The notes under the pieces: generated by a model | What the model was told of the DNA's origin: nothing | Seen by the model: only the letters and a program-made list of their open reading frames with translations | The model's database searches: none | Shown: one piece after another, positions 36,174 to 47,892 of the stretch | Layout of the letters: every line of letters begins with the position of its first letter | Position numbering within the stretch: the stretch's first letter is position 1 | Position numbers and translations under genes: made by a program | Assembly: GCA_010093705.1 (NCBI GenBank) | Contig: MU006091.1 | Location: 1-64,000, forward strand | From: Patellaria atrata CBS 101060 | Taxonomy: Eukaryota | Length of the DNA stretch: 64,000 nucleotides | Direction of reading: 5' to 3'

Positions 36174-38193
36174 CTACTTTTCACCGTATTTTCCATACTC
36201 TTGCTGCCATAACACAAGTTGTCTGGTTAATACATCCATCATTTCTAAACTCGACAAAGTCTCAAAATCCTTCTTTTTACTCAGGGCGTGGGTGACATCC
36301 ATCTCGCCGTTAAGTACTGCTATAGTTTTCGACACAGCTGTCGCCGAGACGGTCGTCTTCTCAGCCGCCATATCGACCTGTGTCCTCGAGATGAATTCAA
36401 GCATGTTTGCAGCTTTTTTCTTGAGATCATTCATGCTCGTTCGTTCCAGCTTGTGATTCTTCCCCTTCCCCTTGTTCCCATCGCTTGCATTACCGGTGTC
36501 GGTTCCATTCGCACCTCGGCCAGAGGGCGACAATGACTGATCCTTCTGCATTGTAGGGTGGGGTGAGGGTGCGTTTCCAGTTGAGCCAGGAGGTACGTCT
36601 TTATCACGTGTATACTGGTTACGGCCAACTTTACCCTTCCTCGCCGGTGGACGACCTGATTTCTTGTGCGAATTACTGGCAACGCCAGTGTTTGACGGCG
36701 GATCCGGTACTTCCGGTACAGCTTGCTCAGGTTTCGACTCCTCCACTAGAGGGTTGTCGTCCGGAGAGACCGACTCTGTACGAAAAGAAGTCTGGTTAGT
36801 TCCTGTAAATCCAAGAATCTCAATGTCTGCGCATACCCTCGATACCTCTGCGGTCAACCCTCCCTTTCCTCCTCGCGGCTGCTTCCTGGCGCTCTTTCTC
36901 CTTGTCTCTCAGCTCCTTCTCCCGCTGACTTCTCGCCGCAGCACCTCGTGGTTTCTGTTTAGCTGGTGGTCTGATTTCCTCTTCGTCGCTGGCCAGCGGA
37001 GGAGAAGCCGAGCCTTGATTGGATGGACTTGACGAGCCAGGCCGCAATCTTTTAGTCTCCAATTTGCCCCTGTACGCGATGTACACATTAACACTAATAC
37101 CCAACAATAAGTGTCCTGACGACCTTGACTTACTCGTCACTACCATCGCGACCTCTCTTGCCTTTCCTGTGTCCATTCTCAGTTGCCGTAATATTGTCGC
37201 CCCTACTTTCCTCAATGACTTTCCGTAAGATCTCGTCATCGTTATATGCCGCGCGACTGTTCATTGTAGATCGTCTTTTAGTCGAGGCGTCATTTGCACT
37301 GCGCTCTCTTTCCTTTTCTTTTGTGGGCTTTAAGTCACTGTCTTTGGATGTGGACTTTTTGCGATGGGGTACTCCTGGGTGGAAGGCTTCCCAGACAGGA
37401 AGGTAACGGGAGTGTTTTTGACTGAAAAAGACAAGTGTTAGTAGAATCTCGAATAAGAGTTTGATTAGTAGGATCGTCCGATCTATTGATCGGAAGAGTT
37501 GGGTTCAGATACACAGTCTGGGGGTAGCACTTATTGCCACAAAGCACACAGATCTCTTAACCATGTATATAAATGAGAACCTCAAGTGGTAGGAAGTAAG
37601 GAATAGCCTTTGATATAAACTTACCCTTTGGAATTCGTCATGACCTTGTGTAGCTCTTTCTTGCACTCTTCACAGAAGTACTCGTCTGGAGTAGAGGGTT
37701 CCTCCATAATCCCTACGCACCCACCGTGCTGCCAAACCTTACACGTGTCGCATTGTATAAAAAATCCACCAGGTTCTTCATTTTGAGGGTCGGATTCTGA
37801 AAAGTGGCCGTCCTTCAACTTTACGTCTAAAGGTGGACCTGGGTAGTCTTGGTGCCCACAGATGCAACGAGTGACTTCGTCAACATCTGCAACGTCTTCA
37901 TCAAAGTCATCGTCCAGTTTCGCGTTCTCCTCTTCGTCATTATCTTGACCGCGCGTCCTACGTCGTGTCAGAATAGGTTCAGGCGCTTGACCGTGCGCGC
38001 CGTCATCACCATCCTCGGAAGAAAGCGACCGAGGAGTTACTGATTTTCGGGGCGATGATTGCTTATGATATGACCTTGTACTTCTATCGGCACGATTCGA
38101 TGACGTTGTAGAGGGAGAATTGCTGTGGGGAGGTACAGAGGGTGGAGGCTGGGTAGTGCGGGCTCTCGAGGAGCGTCGTGGTGACAAAGGCAT
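36174..38193 (-). CDS. CTI6: PHD-finger protein, Cti6-like (Rpd3L complex)
   Basis: TRCICG..FIQCDTCKVWQHGGCVGI..YFCEEC PHD finger; RRSTMNSR; C-terminal SMNDLKKKAANMLEFISRTQ..MMDVLTRQLVLWQQEYG. Confidence 0.8.
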
Positions 38194-39395
38194 AACTGAG
38201 CGTCTGATACGCTAATTTCCAGTGTTCTGACGAGAAGTAAAGTCAGTATTATGAACAGAACTAGCGTCAACAAGCATTGTTTTCCTTCCTGTCGTGTGTG
38301 CCCAAAGGAGCGGTAACTGACCTGCGGAGTACGTTGGCTAAAAGCTTCCTTGAGCTTCAGAGTAAATCGTGGTTGTACGTGGATTGACAGAAGCATGGAT
38401 GGAGAAAGTGCGCGAGCATGATCTTATGAGTCTCTGATGTGATTGTGAAAATTCTTCAAGTCGGACAATGGCAGGTGAGAGGATGATGAGTGATTTCAAT
38501 CCGAGTCTATACAAAGTGGGTGAGCCTCTGGCTATTCTGAGCTACGGCGGACCGTTAGAACGCGAATGAGCAAGCGGTCCGAGCGTCACAAGCCGAGGCC
38601 GATTCCGACAACCATCAAAGTATTTAATTAGAAGTGCCGCCGCCATACAAGCGTCTGTTGAGGGTTTTCTCCGAGAGAATGAGATGATGAACATGATGCT
38701 ATATTGTAAAATTGAGGTCTTCAGATTAAAGGTCAGTAAGGTGTTTGTAGAGTAAAAAAAGCTGGTGAGAAAGGAAGAGAAGGCAAGGAAATTTCATGGC
38801 GAGTTGTTGTTCCGGGTTTGTCTCGAAGAAGGCGTGAGCAGGGTGGGATACTGCCAAGACCCAAGAGTACTTCCACCACCCAAACGACCTCTGCCGACCT
38901 TACCTTACTGAGCTTACATCATTCTTCAGGACTTTGCCCTAACTTAATGGAAGCTACTGTATCCATTCTGTCAACAATTAAACAACAATCATAACCTCTT
39001 TCCCCGTCCTGATAACCATCTCTTACTGTTCAATAATCACTCTCCAGGTGATCCCCGACTCATATGAGTCGAACATACAGAAGAACGTACGAAAGGACAC
39101 CCTTCCATCCGCGGGACTTGATAGCCGTAAAAGCGTACAATTACACAAGGAATATGGATCGCTAGTCACCAGTAACCAACTGACTAAAGCTGGCTTTCAG
39201 AAACATCTCACCGACAGAGTAGAGGAAAATCACAAATACGATACAGTTGTCTTCAATGTAACGTTTTAGCGAAGTTTATAGACTGTCACAATCATATTTT
39301 CCATTTCGAACTAAGTATGATTGGCTCATCATTTGTCCTTATCCATTCCAAGATATCAACCTGTAAAATCATAGCACATAGCATTTCAATATTAT

Positions 39396-41120
39396 TTAAT
39401 TGGCGCCAGCTGTGTTCGCCTTCAGATCCTTATGGGTACCCTTCCTCGGCCCACCATTATTCTCCGTGATACTCAATCCCACCTTCGAAGTCATTCCATT
39501 GGCTACCCTGTTGTTCTTGTCCCTTGCCATACCATTGTGGGTGCCATTGAATCGAAGATCGGAAATTCCTGGGTAGCCTTTGATTCCAGTAGCTTTTTCT
39601 AGACGATTGGCAAGGTCGTCGGAAACCTCCCTGAATATGCCAATTTGACGCTTGATGCATTCCTCCTTACGACAGGTGGACATATGCCCCGAGACATTAC
39701 TAATGAATCGCTCTCTGGCACCTTCATCCCAAACCCTCTCCCACAGTGCTCTTGGGGCGTTGAAGTCCTCCGGGCGAATTTCAGAGAGGAAGGTGACGGC
39801 ATTACCAATGAAATGGCCATGCGTGGAGCTTAGATCAACGGTTCGGTTGCGGAAGGAAATAGGTGCAATGGATGAAAGGTAATTTGGTCTAGATCCTTGG
39901 TTGTAAAATGCCATTTGCCCATCGCGCTGGAAGTTGCCAATTCTGTAAGGCGTTCGAGGAGCATTGACGGGAAGCTGCTGGTAGTTGGAACCCACACGAT
40001 GACGGTGAGTGTCGGGATAAGAGAAAAGTCGGCTCTGTAAGACAGGATCGGCCGAAGGTTCGATACCTGGTGGCATATGTGCTGGGTTGAAGCAGGCTTG
40101 CTCAATCTCAGCGAAGTAATTCTTCGCATTTTCGTTCAAATAGAACTCTCCAACTTTTCGTAGAGGAAATTTAGCGTGCGGCCACACGTGGGTCAAATCG
40201 AACACGTTAATCTTCTCGTTCTCCCATAAATCTTCGGCTTCTTGAGGTGTCATGGTCTGAAAATAAACATCCCAGCCCGGATAGTCACCATTCTCGATTG
40301 CGTAGTAGAGATCTTTCTGGGAGTGATCTGGGGACTTGGTCATCGACTCTTCCTGGGTGAGATTCTTAATGCCTTGTTTCGTCTTCATGTGCATCTGAGC
40401 ATACACCCATTCTCCCTTTTTATTGACGAGCTTTAATGTGTGGCCACTGTATCCATTCATGTGTCGATACCCGTCTGGAATACCTCGATCACCCATAAGA
40501 ATCATGACCTGATGGATGGATTCAGGGTTCTGTGAAAGGTAATCCCAGAACATGGTTGAATCATCCGCACCGCTCAGGTGGGTTGCTGGATCACGTTTCT
40601 GTGTGTGGATAAAGTGAGGGAACTTCGCGGGATCTCTCAGGAAGAAGACAGGGGTATTGTTGAAAACCAGATCCCAATTGCCCTCCTCCGTTCTGAACTT
40701 GAGGGCGAAACCGCGAGGGTCACGGGCGCAGTCATGGGATCCAGACTCACCACCAACAGTCGAGAAGCGGGCGGTGATGGGACATTCTTTCCCTGCTTGA
40801 AAGATGTCTGCTAGGCAAAGGTCGTCTAGAGGATCGGTGGTCTTGTAGTATCCATGTGCACCACTGCCCTTAGCATGGACTACACGCTCAGGAATCCGTT
40901 CTCTGTCGAAATGGGAGAGCAAGTCGACCAAGTGGAAGTCTTGCAGGAGAAGAGGGCCATTCTCGCCCACGCGTTGAGATTCGTAAGGGTGGGGGTATGG
41001 AACACCATTGCTAGTGGCGTACAGGGTGTCTTCAGAAGCGGCATTGCGGTCATCTATATAATCGCGATAGATGTCACCATTGCGTTTGCCGTCTGGAGCA
41101 TGAGACAGGTAGGAAGACAT
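39396..41120 (-). CDS. Small-subunit monofunctional heme catalase
   Basis: FDRERIPERVVHAKGSGAHG, RFSTVGGESGS, RDPRGFALKF and RLFSYPDTHRHR. Intronless 574 aa with no C-terminal PTS1. Confidence 0.96.
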   Translation of the reverse strand: MSSYLSHAPDGKRNGDIYRDYIDDRNAASEDTLYATSNGVPYPHPYESQRVGENGPLLLQDFHLVDLLSHFDRERIPERVVHAKGSGAHGYYKTTDPLDDLCLADIFQAGKECPITARFSTVGGESGSHDCARDPRGFALKFRTEEGNWDLVFNNTPVFFLRDPAKFPHFIHTQKRDPATHLSGADDSTMFWDYLSQNPESIHQVMILMGDRGIPDGYRHMNGYSGHTLKLVNKKGEWVYAQMHMKTKQGIKNLTQEESMTKSPDHSQKDLYYAIENGDYPGWDVYFQTMTPQEAEDLWENEKINVFDLTHVWPHAKFPLRKVGEFYLNENAKNYFAEIEQACFNPAHMPPGIEPSADPVLQSRLFSYPDTHRHRVGSNYQQLPVNAPRTPYRIGNFQRDGQMAFYNQGSRPNYLSSIAPISFRNRTVDLSSTHGHFIGNAVTFLSEIRPEDFNAPRALWERVWDEGARERFISNVSGHMSTCRKEECIKRQIGIFREVSDDLANRLEKATGIKGYPGISDLRFNGTHNGMARDKNNRVANGMTSKVGLSITENNGGPRKGTHKDLKANTAGAN

Positions 41121-42467
41121 GTTGCCAGAGATTTTGTCTTTTAATTATTGAATATTGATAAAATAGTGAAAGAAGCTTTGCCAGAAGAGAACAATTCAGT
41201 GCTATTATTGTCTACTCCACTGCGTAACAAGCAATGGAGAGTGAGGAGAAGGTCCGAGTCGGATATTGGGTTTATATTGCTGTAGGAAGGAAGGAGATGC
41301 AGCAGGCGGGGGTTGCTCGATGGAGTTTAGTGAGTGACGAGTGCTTACCTTGGAGGTGGGGAAGTTTGTCTGGTGCGTCGGATGAGCCTGGATGAGTTGT
41401 CTCTCGACTTTCTGCTTATCGAACATCGATATTCTGGATCTGCCCTTCTCGTCCAATCAACAATTCCCATTTGATCAGCAAAAGATACTTTCTATAAGGT
41501 AACTGTCCAACGTCTATCTTGATTCGTCTAACTTTACCAGTGAATGAGTGGTCTTCTGTGTCTACTTACACATCTACTTACACAATCTACCTCAGTCGAG
41601 AGCTCTTTTCTTTCTCTCGCATACGGAATATGCGACGCGATCTCTTCCTGTGAAAACTCTGCGACATTGCCGGACATGAAATCCGACGAGTCCATAGGTA
41701 CTGTACCTTAGGCATAAGGTATTACCGTAGATTCTCACAATGGTACAGTACAGTATTGGATTAGATGATTCGAAAGCTCGTGAGTCCGTTAAGTTCCGTT
41801 GTACAGTACATGCGGCTTATGTGCAGATAACATCTTCTGAACCTACAAAAGTATGATGTGCAGCTCCCGTCGCTGCTCACGAGTTGGTTGCTGACGTAAT
41901 TCGAGTATCAGACAATGCTTCATATAGAGCGGGTAGAACGATGGAGATAAATTGATTGATTCTCTGTTAAAGGTTTACCAGAGGGGGGCAAATAGCGTCG
42001 AAGGTAAAGGTACCTATTTCCAGGGTACAGGGTACAAGGGTAGTTTAGACTCAAGATAGCTTTTGAGACTAAGGTGGTCGGTAATGATTGGGCGCCGGAA
42101 ACGAAACCCGCTCCGCTCCGCTCTTGTAGAACTACATGTAGAACCAGCTTAGCGCCCGCGGCATCATTCCGTAACATAACGTCCAAGGGGTCCCATAGAC
42201 TACGCCTGATAAATTTCGAAAGCATCAACAAGGTCTTTGTTCCATTCAGAAAAGATAGAACTCAAAGACCCAGAGGAAATTTTTTACTTCACTGGCCTAG
42301 ACCTAGGGAGTTACACTATATATCCCAGCTGGAGAGCTACTAGACAGTCATAGAATCCATGACACAAACTACCTAACTGGGCCCTTGAGAAGACTCTCGT
42401 AAAAGCCCATGTTGTTGTTAACATACATCTAGTTCTCTATTTTCAAGCACATACTCACACATAGTGT

Positions 42468-43313
42468 ATGGTAGCCTTAGCAAAAAAAGAACCTCTTTGA
42501 ACAGGGGGAAAGATTTCAAAGAACTTAATGAAGAGGTTTCTAAGTAAGGATCCAGGTCTCTTCCGTTATATCAAACTCCCAAACTGATTGATGTTAGACT
42601 TTTCGCATCCGGCGAATATTCCGACCTCACCGTTATTTGCGAAAATCAGGAATATAAGCTTCATAAGAACATCTTATGTGTTCAATATGACTGGTTTAAG
42701 AAAGCTTGTGATGGAGACTTTAAAGTAAGCATATTCTACGCCCCTTCTTTTAACTAAGCTAAGTCGTCCCAGGAAGGGAAATGCAGTGTAATCAACTTCA
42801 CTGCTGAGGATGTTGACCCAGAGGTCGTCCGAGCTATGTTACAGTATCTTTACACACGAGACTACGACACACCTGCCTTATCTACACCATCCTCCGAATG
42901 GGCAGCTGAACCTTTGGCGATGTTCCACGCGCTTGTTTTCGCAATATGAGAGAAGTATATGATCCCTGGTCTCAAAGAAATAGCAAAACAAAATTTTGAA
43001 TAAACCATTGCAACTTCATGGAGTGAAAACGGATTCGCTTCCGTAGTAGAAGCTATTTACGAAAGCACGCCACCAAATGTTCGGGAACTGCGTTCGATTG
43101 TCACAGACATCGCGATTCAGCATGGCATGGTATTGGGGGGGCAAAACCCGAGTTTTTGGAAATGATGGACTCACGAGAAGCTTTTGGGAAAGACATCTTT
43201 CAACAAATAAGCGGACTTTCCTCATCACTTACCGAGAGACACCCCTAGAAGAAAGCGCCCATAGAGGGGAGGAGAGACTGCATCACTGGAGCCGCCTCTC
43301 AATATTTTGTTGA
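42468..43313 (+). pseudogene. BTB/POZ-domain gene, pseudogene (copy 1)
   Basis: SGEYSDLTVICENQEYKLHKNILC..FKKACDGDFK/E..DVDPEVVRAMLQYLYTRDY. In-frame TGA 42947-42949 and TAA 43001-43003; later frameshift. Confidence 0.8.
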
Positions 43314-44117
43314 AGTTGATGAGAGTAGTTCTGAATAAAGTGACCGCACGACTTAGTAGTAATGTCCTAATTGCATCGAGGTACCATCTCATGGGGGAGA
43401 GAACAATTTGAGCCCTTCGTTTTACGCATTGTGAGCTGCATACAGATAATTGGAATTCTCAAATCCTATATACTCTTATATCTTCAAACTCAGCAGGATA
43501 TGGGAGTAGTATCATATCGAGCTCGAACCTAGGGAGAGAAATAACAGAGAAAGAGAAATGTCCGACTGGATAGCACAATACATTGAAGCACTGGGAACAG
43601 TCCTTACTGGGACAGCATTGAATGCATTACTCTTTCCCTTGAATTCTCCAGATACAGAAAAAGTAGCTAGTTCTACCCAAGGACATAATGGAAAAGTCTT
43701 ACATAATGCAGACTATACTATGACCGGAACATCCCGTCTTCTTAGAGTCTAGATAGGTAGGGAAGATCCTTCCTTATTAGTCAAAAGATTTACAGGGGTG
43801 TAAAAGTTGATGGCGTCGCCAATGGAGTCGAATATGGGCCTAGATTCAATGACGACTATCACCACTAACCTACCTTAGGTATTCTCATTCTTGCAGTTTG
43901 ATTTCCTCCATACCTTCCAGTTTGTTTAGCTTATTCACACGTGCCTTCCTCAATGACGACCTTTCTCCCTCAGAGGAAGGATTCTAACTGAGGTCGGTAA
44001 GGTATTGGTCTGTCTTGCTCCTCACCCCTCATCATCATTTAGGACGCAAACCTAAGGTGCCCTCGAGGATCTCATACTTTCTCTTCCGGAATACCCTTAT
44101 TCGGAACGATTACCATT

Positions 44118-45016
44118 ATGCTCGCAGATTCGGTGCGCTTTTCCAATGGCGTCGCTGAGTAAGTTAATTTCATTACTCAAATAGATAACAATGGCTAACA
44201 CAAAGGAGGCTATTCCTATCTGGTGACTACTCGGATCTCATAGTTATCTGTGAAGAAGACACCTACAAAGTTCACAAGGCTATTCTATGTTCACAGTGTG
44301 ACTTCTTTAAGAACGCGTGCAGTGGTAGATTTCAGGTGCTGTTTACCAAGATAGAACAATGCTCCTCCCTATATGGGACTTTCCGAAAGCATCTTCCTAA
44401 CATCGACTAGGAGTCAGAAACCAACGTCATTGATTTGACGAAGGAAGATGTAGATCCTCGGGCTGTACGCGCTATGCTTCAATACCTTTATACTCGGAAC
44501 TATGACACGCAATGTGCAACTACGGATGTGACAGCGGAACCTATTGAGCCAGCTATGTTCCACGTTCTCGTCTTCGCTGTAGGGGAGAAATATCTACTTC
44601 CGGGTCTTAAAGCGCTGGCCAAAGACAAATTTGAAAACATCGTCTCAAGTACATCCTGGACAGAATACGACTTCCCAGCTGTTGTCACTGCAATATATGA
44701 CACCACGCCAGCTTCTGTTAAAGATCTTCGTACTATCGTCATTAGCATCACGATCAGTCATCGCGCTGATTTGCTCAAGAATCCTGCGTTCTTGGAAATG
44801 ATGGATCGACAGGGTGCATTTGGTAAAGACCTGTTCAAGAGTATGAGAGACTGGCTACCTCCCGCTTCAGCGAGGGCATCAGTATCGACCAACAGTTTAT
44901 ATAACCTGACTTCAAGCTCTCCAATTCAGAACTCATCATCTTATTTCGGGCTAAACTCCAACCAATCTACAGGGCAACGGACACGTCACCAATTTAACAC
45001 TATTGGTACCACGTAG
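44118..45016 (+). CDS. BTB/POZ-domain protein (copy 2)
   Basis: LFLSGDYSDLIVICEEDTYKVHKAILCSQCDFFKNACSGRFQ/ESETNVIDLTKEDVDPRAVRAMLQYLYT; two introns. Confidence 0.88.
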
Positions 45017-45428
45017 GACAAATGAGAGGCAAATAGTAGGTACTAAGGCATGACATGTAGTGTGAGAGACGCAAATAAAACATTGTTCTCCCTCTTCATC
45101 GACGGAGCGGGTCCGAGCGCAAGCGTTATAAATAGGACAGGAGTTTTTAGCTTTGCTTATGGGGGAAAGGTTTCATTTGGCGCTTGTGGCGTAGACAGCA
45201 CTTAAAGATATAAAAAAAAAGTGTATCACTCTCAACAATTGTAAGTTGACTGCTATATCGAACCAAATCAGAAATTTAGACTTAAATCAGTTAACGTGGT
45301 TCTGTAAATGTTCATCTGCTGTGAATCTTTACTTATTATTCATAAAATAAGTCGACGTTCGCTCAGCCTCGTGGTGACGCTGACGCCTCTTCCTTTGATT
45401 CCACATCGGTGCTTCTAAAACTAGAATT

Positions 45429-46230
45429 ATGGCGGAAAGTACAGTTATTCTGCTAAGCAGCATTGCTAGGTGGGTGACACCATCGGAAGATATGCTCTCA
45501 ACACACAATTCACTAACATCAGCCTTGCGAAAGCCTCTTCACCTCCGGGAATTACTCCGACTTTACAGTAATTTGCGGTTCTGAGACGTACAAAGTGCAC
45601 AAAGCTGTCATATGTCCCCAGTCAGAATTCTTCCAAAAGACATTTGAGGGGAACTTCAAGGAATCGGAAAGCAACAGCGTGGATTTGAGTGCTCAGCATC
45701 CACGGATTGTCCAGGCAATGCTTATGTTTTTCTACACTGGCGGTTACTCTCAGACTAAGGGTGAGGAGTCCGAGGAGCTTCATCCAATGATGTTTCATGT
45801 CCTTGTGTACGCTATCGCTGGAATGTACACCGTACCACATCTGAAAGAATTAGCGAAGAAATGGGCAGCCGAAGCGTTCAGACGCTCCTGGTCAGAAGCC
45901 GAGTTCACTAACGTCATCGAAAAGATCTACGACGACAATGTTCTCCCACGCGATAATGAACTGAAGAAGGAGGTATTATGGGTTACACGGAATAATAGAA
46001 AAACACTACTCCAAAATGATCGATTCGTGGAAATGATGCGAGAGATCGGTGACTTTGGGACAGATCTTTTCATACTCGGTCCACCGCCTCCACCGAACCC
46101 GGTGGAAAAGAGACTTCGCTGCCCGCTTTGCAGAGCAGCGCAGCCAACTAATTCTGACGGGCATTACTCTACTTATAACCCAACCTGTCGTGCTTGTGCT
46201 AAGCAAGTGGGTCATTGGAATTGGTCATGA
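45429..46230 (+). CDS. BTB/POZ-domain protein with C-terminal CxxC..CxxC (copy 3)
   Basis: LFTSGNYSDFTVICGSETYKVHKAVICPQSEFF..FKESESNSVDL; one intron; C-terminal CPLC..CRAC. Confidence 0.88.
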
Positions 46231-46265
46231 GTTTGACGCTTGCAGACGCGTTTTGTTCTTCTAAA

Positions 46266-46703
46266 CGGCGTGATTTTTTTTTGTCATTTGCTGAACGTTT
46301 GGCCGAAGCAGAAATTGATATTATTATCTAGAATCTCACTGAAAAATGTCGAAGATTCATGTGCGACATGAATTTGTTTGCATGTGTTGAAAGTTCAGTT
46401 TCTGAAAGAGTTCAGATGTGAATGAAAGTCGCGTTGCCCTAACTCCCAGCACGACCTGAGCTATCTAAAATCTTGACATTATTAAGTCCTGCCTTAAGGC
46501 CGGGATTTCTTTAAAAAGGTCGTGATTTTTTAGGTCATTTACTTAATGGTTGATAGAAGAAGAAGTTGATATTGTTATCTGGAAACTCACTGAAAACTCT
46601 CGAAGATTCGTGTAGGATAGAATTTTTTTTTTTTTTTTTTGAGATATAGCAGAAAGTAAAAGTTCTGAAAAAGGGCAGACGCGAATGAAAAGTCGCGTTA
46701 CCC
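46266..46703. repeat. Diverged direct duplication (~175-185 bp units)
   Basis: 46266-46440 and 46518-46703 share CGTGATTTTTT..GTCATTT..TTGATATT.TTATCT.GAA.CTCACTGAAAA..TCGAAGATTC.TGT..TTCTGAAA..GAATGAAA(A)GTCGCGTT.CCC. Confidence 0.8.
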
Positions 46704-47892
46704 GCCCACGTGCCGCCAGTGTGGACCAACAATACGTATCGATAAGGTATTAGTAATCTCGGTATTTCATCGGTAACTTAGTAGAAGTTCACTTTCTCAA
46801 AGAGCGGCACGTGGCCGGGTGTTTACGGCCCGGGTCGGACCTTTGGTTACCGGATGTGATAGAGATACAATAATAGGGGAGTCGGGTGTCAACTTCTACT
46901 AATACATAATAAAACAAGAGCCAGAGCCTCCTTAGATATATCTTGGGTTCTCATCTGGTCTACAATATTAGCTTGAGAAACTTAAGTACTATGTATGGTA
47001 ATGAATTCTTTATCACGGATACCTAACTCTTCAGAGCTTTCTGAGACCTGAGAGATAGTTTGACACGCTTGATGGACAAGTACAGTATATTGAATGAATA
47101 GCAGCAACTAGTGAAAATATCTGATCAATGCGCTGAGCTACTTTAAGTCGTACTATCTCTCTACACGGGAAATTATGACGCTTTAAATGAAGCAATCCCT
47201 TCGACGGAATTGTCAAGCGAATCACTGCGCGTACGGCCAATGACCGGTGTCTTGCGGATGTGCTTTTTATACTGAAGGAGTCTGTCAAAGAGCTAGTCCC
47301 AGTAACGATCCGAGGGGAATTAAAATTGGACGTTCAATATTGCAGGTTGCAAAGAAACTCCATGTCGGGTTAGGTTGGCGTCGAACTATGATGTCGTAGG
47401 CTTAAGATGTAATTGTGTCTTGTGAAGATGTAAAAAAGGCTTTTTTAGAACGTAAAGGCGCAGGAGACCAATAATCTTTTCGCATTGAAACCAAAAACCT
47501 GGAGTCTGAGGCGGTGTCGATCGTAAGAGGCGCGAACACTCCTAGCCAAGGCCAACAACCATCGTAGCCCATTTCGTCCGACGAACATCCCCAGCTCTTG
47601 AGTCTCCCTCATCTCACTATTATCCCTCTCTGTTCTCCATAATACCTCTCTCGTGTCTTTTCATTTATTTTGAGGGTTTTGCATCTCCTTCTTCTCCTTG
47701 CTGTCTTGCATTATGTCGCTCCCTCCCTAACGGAACGTTTCATCCACCTGGGGCGCACTCCAGCGCATCCGCGTCTCATGACATCAGAAAACTGCCAATT
47801 CCAACCGCGCTGCTGCCCACGATAATATTTCCTTACATTATCAAACCACTAATTACACTCGACCTTTTTTTGAACGATATCATTCAATCATC

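Noticed and set aside
46804..46860. tRNA-like 5' segment (GGCACGTGGCCGGGTGTTTACGGC)
   Set aside because: No T-loop/B-box (GTTCRA) and no acceptor-stem complement.
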